A stretch of DNA of 64,000 bases, taken from contig JAZDLN010000032.1 of assembly GCA_043801965.1 (NCBI GenBank), forward strand, positions 1,638-65,637, given 5' to 3'. Under the pieces are notes generated by a model. The model worked only from the letters and a program-made list of their open reading frames with translations. It ran no database searches and had not been told where the DNA came from. The DNA comes from Candidatus Falkowbacteria bacterium (lineage in GTDB: Bacteria; Patescibacteriota; Patescibacteriia; Patescibacteriales; UBA12075). Made by a program: the position numbers and the translations under genes. Within the stretch, counting starts at the first letter, position 1, and each line of letters opens with the position of its first letter. Positions 8,417 to 17,071 of this stretch are shown here, in pieces.

Positions 8417-9853
8417 TTATTCACTGCATCCTTCCAGGCTGCAGGTTCCGGTCGGCGGCGTCTGAGCTTTGGCTGGCTGGATATTCTGATCCGAACCGAT
8501 CCCTTCGTCCGTTACTATGAATTTGCCCCAGACCATGCGCATCCAGCAGGAGAATTTAATCTCTTTAACCCCGGTCGGCGGCGTGAATTCAATGATATTT
8601 TCGCCATAAACAAGATCCTTTTTTATCGCTAAAGACTCGATCATGATCGCGTCTGTACAGCCGGTCATCTGTTTGACGTTGATTACCCAGCGCACCGGCA
8701 GTCCCGGTTTTATGTAAAGCACATTCGGGGAATAGCCGCTATATGTCAGGTCCATGTTGATAGTTTGATAATCGGCGACGTCCCGAGGATTTTGTTCGGC
8801 CGCGCTCTCCGCATTTGACGGTAATAACCCTCTAAAGCCATAACCGAAATTAGTTAAGCCGCGGTTAAGCATGACGAGGCCTAAAACGGCCACGACCACG
8901 GCGGATATTTTCATGACCCTTCCGACATACCTGGCGGAGAGGGAGGAAACGAAGGCGCCGAAGCCGAACATGAGCGGTATTGTCCCCAGGGCATAAAGAC
9001 CCATACTCAAAGCGCCGCGCGCGATATCGCCGGTTCCCAGGGCGTATAATTGCATGGCCTGCAGAGGGCCGCAGGGCATAAATCCGGTCATTAGCCCGAT
9101 AATAAGTGGGCTCTTGGGATTGTCCGCATGCTTCTGGCCGTAAAGCCAGCGGGCGATAAAAGACGGCAGGCGAAAATTTACTTTTTTAAGCCAGCGGAAT
9201 TTTGTAAAAAGAGAGAGGGCCATAAGGATCATGAATAATCCGGCCAGGAGCATGACCGCGCCGCTAAAGACGGGATTCACGCCGAAAAAAGAACCGACTC
9301 CGCCCAAGACGCCGCCGATAATCGCGTAAGAAACGAGCCGGCCCAGATTATACTGGAGGTGGGACCGGGAAAAGCCGGTTTTTTTGTCCGGATTTTTCGC
9401 GGCCATACCGGCCGTGTAAGCCGTTACCAAACCGCCGCACATGCCAACGCAATGGAAGCTGGCCAGAAAACCGATAAGAAGGATCAAGGGATAGCTCACG
9501 CTTTCTTCGTTCAGGCGGGATAAGATCTCAAGCCCTCCGGACGCCCTGAAGATCAAATAAATTATTACTGCCGCGGCTAAGGCCAGAGGAAATAAAAGCC
9601 CGTGGATGATTTTTTTATTTCTGGTCTCGTCGGCGCTTTTATCGCCCGCGATAGTATAGTTAAGGCCGGTAATGGTTTTTTCTATGTCCGTTCGGGATGT
9701 TTTGCCGTCATCGAATTCGACGCGGCATAAGCCGGTTCGATAATCGACCTCGATATTTTTTACCCCCGGCATGGCCGCGACTTCGGTTTCGATCAAAGTT
9801 TTGCAGCTGCGGCAATGAAGACCGTTTAAGTTCAGCTCGATTTGTTTAAGCAT
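8417..9853 (-). CDS. HMA domain / DsbD_2-TauE-like membrane domain / C-terminal cupredoxin-like domain fusion protein
   Basis: 478 aa. GLHCRSC HMA motif, membrane Cys motifs FHCVGMCGG and FMPCGPLQ, a beta-rich soluble C-terminal domain and a GTCSLEGCSE tail. Confidence 0.7.
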   Translation of the reverse strand: MLKQIELNLNGLHCRSCKTLIETEVAAMPGVKNIEVDYRTGLCRVEFDDGKTSRTDIEKTITGLNYTIAGDKSADETRNKKIIHGLLFPLALAAAVIIYLIFRASGGLEILSRLNEESVSYPLILLIGFLASFHCVGMCGGLVTAYTAGMAAKNPDKKTGFSRSHLQYNLGRLVSYAIIGGVLGGVGSFFGVNPVFSGAVMLLAGLFMILMALSLFTKFRWLKKVNFRLPSFIARWLYGQKHADNPKSPLIIGLMTGFMPCGPLQAMQLYALGTGDIARGALSMGLYALGTIPLMFGFGAFVSSLSARYVGRVMKISAVVVAVLGLVMLNRGLTNFGYGFRGLLPSNAESAAEQNPRDVADYQTINMDLTYSGYSPNVLYIKPGLPVRWVINVKQMTGCTDAIMIESLAIKKDLVYGENIIEFTPPTGVKEIKFSCWMRMVWGKFIVTDEGIGSDQNIQPAKAQTPPTGTCSLEGCSE

Positions 9854-9862
9854 GGATTTGTC

Positions 9863-9933
9863 AGTATATGGTATTAAGTATTTAGTATAAAGCAGACGGG
9901 CCCGCTTAATACTAAATACTATATACTTAATAC
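9863..9933. repeat. Imperfect palindrome of the TATTAAGTATTTAGTA repeat family with GC core CGGGCCCG
   Basis: Arms gtattaagtatttagtat / atactaaatactatatacttaatac. Related copies occur at 34045-34098 and 59915-59950. Confidence 0.7.
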
Positions 9934-9936
9934 TCG

Positions 9937-10221
9937 TTATTTGTTCGCCAATTTGATCACTCTTAAAATCTCCTCGGTCATCTGTTGTTTGATCTTTTCG
10001 TTTTTGGCGGCCATGGCGTTTTTAAAGCAGGTATTAAGGTGGTTTTCCATGAGCATCTGGTGGGCCGATTTTAAGAGCCCGATAACCGCCAGATTCTGCT
10101 GCATGATATTGATGCAGTATTCCTTGTCTTCGACCATGGCCAGGATCTTTCCTAAAAGACTTTGCGCCTTTTTGAAATTAATGATAGTTTGTTCTTTTTT
10201 GTCCATAGGATTATGATTCAT
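9937..10221 (-). CDS. csoR: CsoR/RcnR/FrmR-family metal-sensing transcriptional repressor
   Basis: 94 aa with the C-H-C signature (EYC ... SAHQMLMENHLNTC). First gene of the copper operon. Confidence 0.8.
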   Translation of the reverse strand: MNHNPMDKKEQTIINFKKAQSLLGKILAMVEDKEYCINIMQQNLAVIGLLKSAHQMLMENHLNTCFKNAMAAKNEKIKQQMTEEILRVIKLANK

Positions 10222-10354
10222 TTTTTTGTCATTTCGACCGGAGCGGAGCGAAGGGAGAAATCTATAATACGTTGTGTTTGTAACAGCAATGTTTAGCAGC
10301 TTATCAGCGTATTATAGATCTCTCCTCCCGCGGGTCGTCGAGATGACAAAAAAA
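10221..10354. repeat. 134-bp imperfect palindrome abutting the csoR start codon
   Basis: TTTTTTTGTCATTTCGAC...GAGAAATCTATAATACG pairs with CGTATTATAGATCTC...GTCGAGATGACAAAAAAA around a 36-nt loop. The GGAGCGAAG core also occurs at 20566. Confidence 0.75.
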
Positions 10355-10584
10355 TGTTTTTATTATATGCGACGTCCGATTTAAAAATCGGTAATTTGTA
10401 ATTAATTACCATGACCTGGGGTGGGGGTATAAATAACTTATCACGGATTCTAAAAAATAGCAAGAATGTAAAATAAGCCATTTTTGAACGATTAGGAAAA
10501 CCTCTGTGGATAACCACGGAAAGGAAACGAAGAGTATTGTATAAAAAATTTGCGCAACCGCCGGATTTTAGGTAGTATGAAAGT

Positions 10585-11829
10585 ATGAAAAAAATAATCG
10601 TAACAATCATAATATTAGCTAACTTAATCCCTTTTTCCGGCAATGCCGCTAATTTGAGCGATAAGTTATCCGGCCGGATATTATTAGATGTCGAGCGCAA
10701 CGGCGAGGCCTGGTATATTTATCCGAAAGACAAAAAACGGTATTACCTCGGGCGGCCGGCTGACGCTTTTAGAGTGATGCGTGAATTAGGCCTCGGGATA
10801 AGCGAATCCAATTTCCAGCGGATCGCGCAGGCGGGCATGCCGGTCAAAGGGGATACCGCCCTGGCGCGCGCGCTGGCCGGCACGATCGTACTCCAGGTCG
10901 AAAAAAACGGCGAAGCCTGGTATATTAATCCGCTTGACCTTAAAAAATATTATTTAGGTCGCCCGGAAGACGCGTTCAGGGTCATGAGAGAACTCGGGCT
11001 CGGGATCACGCGCGAAGACCTGGCCCTGATACATAAACCCGGAACCGACGAGTCGATAAATAAGTGGAGCAAGTATGAACATAAAAAAATAAGCGCGGTT
11101 GGCAGAGAATTTACGGTTGATATGATCACGATAAATCTCGATAACCCGCGACTTTGGATCACGACCGACGCAACTGCCTTGTCGCCGGCGCCCAATAACG
11201 ACAAATATGACGGTTTTTTTAGTGCCAAGAGCCTGGGTAAGTTCGTAACCGAGCACGACGGCTTTGCCGGAGTGAACGGCACGTATTTTTGCGCCTATGC
11301 CAGCTGCGAGTCCAACAACTATTATTTTTTTCCGGTTTACGATACTTTTCTGGGCAAGATCATTAACGAGGACCAGCTTAAATACTGGACCACCGGTCCG
11401 ATCATGGCTTTCGATATAGTAAATAATTTCTATTACTTTAAAGACAGCCGCGAGCTTAAAAGCCTTGAAAATTTCGAAACCGTTTACGGCACGAAACTGC
11501 AGGCGGCTATCGGCAATAAACCCCGCTTAATCGAAAATGGACAAAATCAGCTTATCGAATGGGAACTGGACGATAAGCAAAAGAACGCCCGGGCCATGCG
11601 CAATGCGATCGGTTATAAAAAGGGGGACAACGACGGCAAAGGAACCGTTTATCTGGTCATTATCCAAAACGCCACTGTGCCTGATCTGGCCGAGGTTATG
11701 AAAGCCATCGGTGTCGACTATGCTCTGAACCTGGACGGCGGTTATTCATCCGCTCTTTGGTACGGGGATGAATATATGGTCATGCCGGGACGGGATATTC
11801 CCAACGCGATTATTTTTAGTGAAAAGTAA
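10585..11829 (+). CDS. Secreted phosphodiester glycosidase family protein (NAGPA-like) with two N-terminal tandem repeat modules
   Basis: 414 aa with signal peptide. The motif (E/V)xNGEAWYIxPxDxKxYYLGRPxDAFRVMRELGLGI is duplicated. C-terminal YALNLDGGYSSALWY. Confidence 0.6.
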   Translation: MKKIIVTIIILANLIPFSGNAANLSDKLSGRILLDVERNGEAWYIYPKDKKRYYLGRPADAFRVMRELGLGISESNFQRIAQAGMPVKGDTALARALAGTIVLQVEKNGEAWYINPLDLKKYYLGRPEDAFRVMRELGLGITREDLALIHKPGTDESINKWSKYEHKKISAVGREFTVDMITINLDNPRLWITTDATALSPAPNNDKYDGFFSAKSLGKFVTEHDGFAGVNGTYFCAYASCESNNYYFFPVYDTFLGKIINEDQLKYWTTGPIMAFDIVNNFYYFKDSRELKSLENFETVYGTKLQAAIGNKPRLIENGQNQLIEWELDDKQKNARAMRNAIGYKKGDNDGKGTVYLVIIQNATVPDLAEVMKAIGVDYALNLDGGYSSALWYGDEYMVMPGRDIPNAIIFSEK

Positions 11830-11832
11830 ATA

Positions 11833-11963
11833 AAAGAAACAAGAAACAAATTACAAGTTACAAACAAAACTCAAATCCCAAAACTCAACCACCAAACAGT
11901 TTGAAATTTATAATTTGTAATTTGAAATTTGTTTGTAACTTGTATCTTGTGTCCTTGTATTTT
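11833..11963. repeat. Imperfect palindrome of about 130 bp, AAGAAACAAG/CAAATTACAA family
   Basis: acaagttacaaacaaa pairs with tttgtttgtaacttgt, around the centre ccaaacagtttg. Its homologue lies at 18111-18240. Confidence 0.75.
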
Positions 11964-11971
11964 ATTTTTTT

Positions 11972-12238
11972 ATGTTATCTAAATTCAAAAACCAATTGAA
12001 AGACAAGGGCGAGGTTTATTTGCGCATTAAAGTAAGGCCGGGGGCAAGCGCCAATAAGATAAAAGAAGTAATGGCCGACGACACCGTCAAGATCGATATC
12101 GCGGCGGCTCCTGTCAGGGGACGGGCAAATAGCGAGCTGGTCGGATTTTTATCCGATGAGTTTTCAGTTCCGGCTGGAAATGTTATAATATTAAGCGGAG
12201 CGGGAGATAAAATAAAATTAGTGAAAATAAAAAATTAA
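11972..12238 (+). CDS. DUF167 (YggU-like) family protein
   Basis: 88 aa. VRPGASANKI ... IAAAPVRGRANSELVGFLS. Confidence 0.8.
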   Translation: MLSKFKNQLKDKGEVYLRIKVRPGASANKIKEVMADDTVKIDIAAAPVRGRANSELVGFLSDEFSVPAGNVIILSGAGDKIKLVKIKN

Positions 12239-12269
12239 CAAAATTATAATTTTATCGATCTATAATATT

Positions 12270-12926
12270 ATGACCCTTCCCATAAATACCGGCATTAGTT
12301 ATTTTTCTTTAAATAAGTTCAGCGCCGTGGTGCGCTTTCTGACGCTGGTGGATTTTCTCATAAACAGCGGTTTTGGCCTTATTACTCCGATATTCGCGGT
12401 TTTTGTAATGAACAATATCGAAGGCGCTAACGTCGAGATCGCCGGGATCGCCGTAACCGTGTTCCTTTTGACGAAGAGTCTGCTGCAGATCATGGTGGGC
12501 AGCGCGATAGACAAGATCAGGGGCGAACGCGATGATTTTGCTTTTTTATTTCTGGGCGGAATCGCTTATTCGGCCATACCGCTTATGTATATCTTTATCA
12601 ATTCGCCCCTGGAGCTATATCTCGTGCAGTTTGCTTACGGCGTAGCCGCTTCTTTCGCTTATCCCTCCTGGATGGCTATTTTTACGCGCCATATCGACCA
12701 TGAACACGAAGGCGTGGAATGGAGCGTTTACGCTACCCTGGTCGAATTCGGCATGGCCGTGGCCGCCTCTCTTGGCGGTTTTGTGGCTTATCGTTTCGGT
12801 TTCGTTTTTCTTTTCATTACCGCCAGCGCCATTATTTTCGTCAGCAACGTTTTTATATGGATGATCTACAATAAACTTAAATTAAAACAGGAAAAAGCCA
12901 AACATGGACACAAACAAAGACAATAA
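12270..12926 (+). CDS. Six-TM membrane protein resembling an MFS half-transporter
   Basis: 218 aa, hydrophobic, with a loop GSAIDKIRGERD that resembles MFS motif A. Overlaps the uppS start by 23 nt. Confidence 0.45.
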   Translation: MTLPINTGISYFSLNKFSAVVRFLTLVDFLINSGFGLITPIFAVFVMNNIEGANVEIAGIAVTVFLLTKSLLQIMVGSAIDKIRGERDDFAFLFLGGIAYSAIPLMYIFINSPLELYLVQFAYGVAASFAYPSWMAIFTRHIDHEHEGVEWSVYATLVEFGMAVAASLGGFVAYRFGFVFLFITASAIIFVSNVFIWMIYNKLKLKQEKAKHGHKQRQ

Positions 12927-13623
12927 AAAAAATGTTCCCGGACATATGGCCATAATAATGGACGGCAACCGGCGCTGGGCCCGGGAGCGCAATCTCTCCA
13001 CTCTTGAAGGCCATCTTAAGGGCTACAACAAGATGAAAAGCGTGCCGGAGTGGTTCTTTTCACGCGGCGTGGAAATAATTTCTTTGTTCGCGTTTTCCAC
13101 CGAAAACTGGAATCGCGGACGCGATGAGGTCAATTATCTCATGAAACTTTTAAGAAGGGCCCTTAAAGATGATTTTGAAGAATATAACCAGCGGGAGTAC
13201 AGGCTTGTCATAAGCGGTCGGATTAACGAATTGCCGGGGGACTTGCCGGAAATATGCGCTGACGCGATGATAAAAACCAAGGATAATTCGAAGGGCACGC
13301 TTAATATTTGCCTGAATTACGGCGGCCGGGCGGAGATCGTCGATGCCATCCGCAAGATGATAAAGAATAAAATAGAGATCGAACAGGTGCACGAAGGCAT
13401 GCTCCGGAAATACCTTTACCACGGCGATTTACCTGATCCGGATATGATCATCCGCACCTCCGGTGAATACCGTTTGTCCGGCTTTCAGCTCTGGCAGTCG
13501 GCTTACAGCGAATTGATGTTTTTGAAAAAGTACTGGCCCGAATTCGAAAAAGCCGACGTTGATATTATTCTGGAGGAATATGCCGGCAGAAAGCGAAGAT
13601 TCGGAGGAAACGAAAGTAAATGA
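12904..13623 (+). CDS. uppS: Isoprenyl transferase (undecaprenyl-diphosphate synthase)
   Basis: 239 aa. HMAIIMDGNRRWA, FAFSTENWNR and RTSGEYRLSGFQLWQ. Confidence 0.9.
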   Translation: MDTNKDNKKNVPGHMAIIMDGNRRWARERNLSTLEGHLKGYNKMKSVPEWFFSRGVEIISLFAFSTENWNRGRDEVNYLMKLLRRALKDDFEEYNQREYRLVISGRINELPGDLPEICADAMIKTKDNSKGTLNICLNYGGRAEIVDAIRKMIKNKIEIEQVHEGMLRKYLYHGDLPDPDMIIRTSGEYRLSGFQLWQSAYSELMFLKKYWPEFEKADVDIILEEYAGRKRRFGGNESK

Positions 13624-13682
13624 AACGATAAAAATATTGGATATTATGCCGCGATAAAATAGAATGTCACGGTAAATGTGAG

Positions 13683-13715
13683 ATCGCCTTGTTGGTTTTT
13701 GGGCGATTTTTTTTT
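13683..13715 (+). terminator. Intrinsic terminator after uppS
   Basis: atcgcc...ggcgat hairpin followed by T9. Confidence 0.7.
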
Positions 13716-13727
13716 GGGAATTTTTAA

Positions 13728-13756
13728 TTGAAATTTCAGGGATATTCTGATAATAT
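13728..13756 (+). promoter_or_regulatory. Promoter TTGAAA-17-TAATAT positioned for a leaderless rarA mRNA
   Basis: The -10 ends 6 nt before the ATG at 13763, and there is no SD. Confidence 0.5.
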
Positions 13757-13762
13757 GTATAC

Positions 13763-14983
13763 ATGGCTGAAGATACTAAAAAAACAAAATATGCGCCCTT
13801 GGCAGACCGGATGAGGCCTGAAAAACTAGAGGATTTTTTAGGACAGGAAGAAGTGGTGGGTGCCGGAAAGATGCTTAGGCGCGCGATCGAGGCCGATCAG
13901 CTGCCCTCTATGATCTTCTGGGGACCGCCGGGAACAGGCAAAACGACCCTGGCGTCGATAATCGCGAAACAAACCAGCGCTGAATTCCTGCGGATCAGCG
14001 CCGTTACTAGCGGCATGAAAGAATTAAGGCAGATAATAAGCGAGTCACGGGCCAATCGGATAGAAGACAAGAAAACCGTCTTGTTTATAGATGAGATTCA
14101 CCGCTGGAATAAATCCCAGCAGGACGCGCTTCTTCCTCACGTAGAATCCGGCTTGCTTACCCTTATCGGAGCTACGACTGAAAATCCGAGCTTTGAAGTG
14201 CGCGGCGCTCTTTTATCCCGATGCCGGGTATTCGTGTTGGAGCGTCTTAATGAAACGCATATCGCCGCTATCGTGAAAAAAGCGATAGGGGACAAAGAAA
14301 GGGGGCTTGGAAGGTTAAACGTGAAGATGGGCGAAAATGAAATAAAATTGCTGTCCGGAATGGCGAACGGCGACGCCAGGACAGCTTTGAATATTCTGGA
14401 ATACGCGAGCGGTCTCGGAGAGGAAATCACGGCCGAAGTGATAAAAGAGGCGTTCCAGAAATCGCATCTTTTGTACGACAAAGACGGAGAAGAGCATTAT
14501 AACATTATATCGGCGTTGCATAAATCCATGCGCGGCTCTGACGCGGACGCGGCGCTTTACTGGCTCGCGCGCATGCTCGAAGCCGGCGAGGATCCGCTTT
14601 ATGTCGCGCGCCGCTTGGTCCGTTTCGCGTCCGAGGATATCGGCCTAGCTAATTCCCGCGCTCTTGAGCAGGCGGTCTCGGCCTATAACGCCTGCCACTT
14701 CATGGGCATGCCTGAATGCAACGTGGTTTTGGCCCAGGCCGTCGTTTATATGGCTAAATGCAGGAAATCCAACGATTTATACATCGCTTACGGCAAAGCG
14801 GCCAGGGACGTCAAAGAACACGGCAATCTGCCGGTGCCGATCCACATCCGGAACGCCCCGACCAAGCTCATGAAAGAATTAGGATACGGCAAAGACTATA
14901 AATACTCGCCTGATCATGGCTATGGGGAAAAACAGGAATATCTGCCGGAGAAAATCAAGGGGCGGAAATATTTAAGGGCATAA
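13763..14983 (+). CDS. rarA: Replication-associated recombination protein A (AAA+ ATPase MgsA/RarA)
   Basis: 406 aa. [22 protein letters not shown] and a conserved C-terminal MgsA domain. Confidence 0.9.
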   Translation: MAEDTKKTKYAPLADRMRPEKLEDFLGQEEVVGAGKMLRRAIEADQLPSMIFWGPPGTGKTTLASIIAKQTSAEFLRISAVTSGMKELRQIISESRANRIEDKKTVLFIDEIHRWNKSQQDALLPHVESGLLTLIGATTENPSFEVRGALLSRCRVFVLERLNETHIAAIVKKAIGDKERGLGRLNVKMGENEIKLLSGMANGDARTALNILEYASGLGEEITAEVIKEAFQKSHLLYDKDGEEHYNIISALHKSMRGSDADAALYWLARMLEAGEDPLYVARRLVRFASEDIGLANSRALEQAVSAYNACHFMGMPECNVVLAQAVVYMAKCRKSNDLYIAYGKAARDVKEHGNLPVPIHIRNAPTKLMKELGYGKDYKYSPDHGYGEKQEYLPEKIKGRKYLRA

Positions 14984-15031
14984 AAAACGATTTAAAAAAA
15001 TTTAAAACCAATATCTTCTAGAAACAATACT

Positions 15032-15820
15032 ATGTTCGAAAAAAAGCATCATAATTACTCATACGCTTTGGTGATCTCAGAATTAATAAAACTGGCTCAT
15101 CGCCATAATTTTTCAATAAAAAAAATCGGCGAAGAAAAATTCGAGCATATCGGCATGACCTACCCGCTGTACCGTTTTACGGTTAACCCGCGCGCGCCAA
15201 AAAAATTCTGCATTATCGCCGGCGTCCATGGCTATGAAATAGCCGGTCCTTTGACCATACCGCATTTATTCGAATTTCCTAAAAAATATTTTAAAAAAGA
15301 AATCGCCTATTATATTTATCCGATATTGAACCCCACCTCTTTTGATCTTGATCGCAGGATGGATGATGATAACCGCGACTTAAACTGCCTTAATCGCCGG
15401 ACTTTAAAAAGCCGTAATTATAGAGAAATCCAGGCATTTTATAACGACATAAAAAAATTGCGTTTTGACGCCCTGATTTCCATGCACGAGGATTTGGATG
15501 AAACTAATTTTTACGCCTATGTATTTGAGAAGGAAAAAAATCCAGTCTATCGGCAGATCGTCCGTTCAGCATCAAGGTTTACCGGAGTGGAAACAAAAAA
15601 AATGATCTACCAAAGCCCATCAGACGGGCATGGCCTGGTTATTAACGTGCATGACCAAGCGATAGAAGATCGGTTTTTCTGCATGAAGCAGGCAAAAACA
15701 TCCCTAACCTCTGAAACTCCGGGAAAATTAGATATTAGCTTGCGGATAAAAATTAATTCAGAGAATATTAAAATTATCAATAGGAGCATTTTATCGCGCC
15801 AAAGCGGATTAAAAAAATAA
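15032..15820 (+). CDS. M14-like zinc carboxypeptidase / succinylglutamate desuccinylase-aspartoacylase superfamily protein
   Basis: 262 aa. GVHGYE (HxxE) and SMHED zinc-ligand-like motifs. Confidence 0.6.
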   Translation: MFEKKHHNYSYALVISELIKLAHRHNFSIKKIGEEKFEHIGMTYPLYRFTVNPRAPKKFCIIAGVHGYEIAGPLTIPHLFEFPKKYFKKEIAYYIYPILNPTSFDLDRRMDDDNRDLNCLNRRTLKSRNYREIQAFYNDIKKLRFDALISMHEDLDETNFYAYVFEKEKNPVYRQIVRSASRFTGVETKKMIYQSPSDGHGLVINVHDQAIEDRFFCMKQAKTSLTSETPGKLDISLRIKINSENIKIINRSILSRQSGLKK

Positions 15821-15821
15821 T

Positions 15822-16961
15822 ATGAACCACGACAAAAAAGCCATTAAGCTTCATAAAAAACATAAAGGCAAGATCGAGATAAAATTAAAAATTCCCCTGA
15901 AAACCAGGGATGATCTGAGCGCGGCCTATACTCCGGGCGTAGGCGCGGTTTGTTTGGCCATAAAAGACAAACCGGATTTAAGCTGGCAGATGACCAACCG
16001 GGCCAATCAAGTAGCGATCGTCACCGACGGGACCGCTATTTTGGGTTTAGGCGATATCGGTCCCGAGGCCGGCATGCCGGTTATGGAGGGAAAATCCGCC
16101 ATATTTAAGGAATTCGCGGGTATCGACGCGGTTCCGCTAGCCATAAACACGACCGACACCGAAGAGATCATAAAATTCTGTAAATGGATAGAGCCGTCGT
16201 TTGCCGGCATCAACCTGGAAGATATTTCCGCGCCGCGCTGTTTCGAGATCACGGAACGGCTCGAAAAAGAATTATCTATTCCGGTATTTCATGACGATCA
16301 GGACGGAACCGCGATCGTTACTCTCGCGGCCCTGGTAAACGCCTGCCGCGTGACCGGTAAGGTCATGAAGGAGCTTAGGGTAGTCATAAACGGAGCCGGA
16401 GCGGCCGGTATCGCCACGGCCAGACTGCTCTTGGCGGCGGGGGCGGGGGATATAATCCTTCTGGACAGCGTCGGCGCGATTTATAAAGGCCGGAGCGGCC
16501 TTAATGAATACAAGAAGACAATAGCGGCCAGGACGAACCGAAGGAAAATAAAAGGAGGGCTTAATGAGGCCATGGCCGGAGCCGATGTTTTTATCGGCTT
16601 ATCCAAAGGAAACCTCGTGGACTACGCAATGGTCAAAAGCATGAACAAGGCACCGATAATTTTCGCCATGGCCAATCCCGCGCCGGAAATACTTCCGGAT
16701 ATTGCCTATCAGGCGGGCGCGGCTATAGTCGGCACCGGGCGTTCGGACTTTTCTAACCAGATAAACAACGCCCTGGTTTTCCCCGGTATCTTCAGAGGAC
16801 TACTGGATAATCACGTTAAAACAGTAACAACGGAACTGAAACTAAAAGCATCTTTGGCGATTGCCTACTCGGTAAAAAAAATTACTAAAGATAATATTTT
16901 ACCTAATATTACAGATAAAAAAGTAGTAAAAAATATCGCCCGGATTATCACGAACAAATAA
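15822..16961 (+). CDS. NAD(P)-dependent malic enzyme (short form, no PTA domain)
   Basis: 379 aa. LSAAYTPGV, VTDGTAILGLGDIGPEAGMPVMEGK and INGAGAAG Rossmann motif. Confidence 0.9.
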   Translation: MNHDKKAIKLHKKHKGKIEIKLKIPLKTRDDLSAAYTPGVGAVCLAIKDKPDLSWQMTNRANQVAIVTDGTAILGLGDIGPEAGMPVMEGKSAIFKEFAGIDAVPLAINTTDTEEIIKFCKWIEPSFAGINLEDISAPRCFEITERLEKELSIPVFHDDQDGTAIVTLAALVNACRVTGKVMKELRVVINGAGAAGIATARLLLAAGAGDIILLDSVGAIYKGRSGLNEYKKTIAARTNRRKIKGGLNEAMAGADVFIGLSKGNLVDYAMVKSMNKAPIIFAMANPAPEILPDIAYQAGAAIVGTGRSDFSNQINNALVFPGIFRGLLDNHVKTVTTELKLKASLAIAYSVKKITKDNILPNITDKKVVKNIARIITNK

Positions 16962-16962
16962 C

Positions 16963-16990
16963 TTGACTTTTTATTTAAAATTAGTATAAT
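16963..16990 (+). promoter_or_regulatory. Promoter TTGACT-16-TATAAT upstream of rplU
   Basis: Hexamers at 16963-16968 and 16985-16990. Confidence 0.6.
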
Positions 16991-16999
16991 ATGTTTATA

Positions 17000-17071
17000 G
17001 GTTTTAGCTGTTTCAGCCCGAAGCTGATCCGCCCCGGGAGGAGGCTTATGGCTAGGGCGAACGCTAAAACC
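17000..17071 (+). promoter_or_regulatory. Candidate structured 5' leader of rplU (closing stem plus two hairpins)
   Basis: ggttttagc (17000-17008) pairs with gctaaaacc (17063-17071). Inner hairpins are tcagc-ccgaa-gctga (17013-17027) and cgccc...gggcg (17030-17059). Confidence 0.4.

Noticed and set aside
10293-10700. 135-aa minus-strand ORF spanning the 10221-10354 palindrome and the start of the glycosidase gene
   Set aside because: It runs through a noncoding palindrome and overlaps the signal-peptide region of the plus-strand gene. It has no SD or recognisable features.
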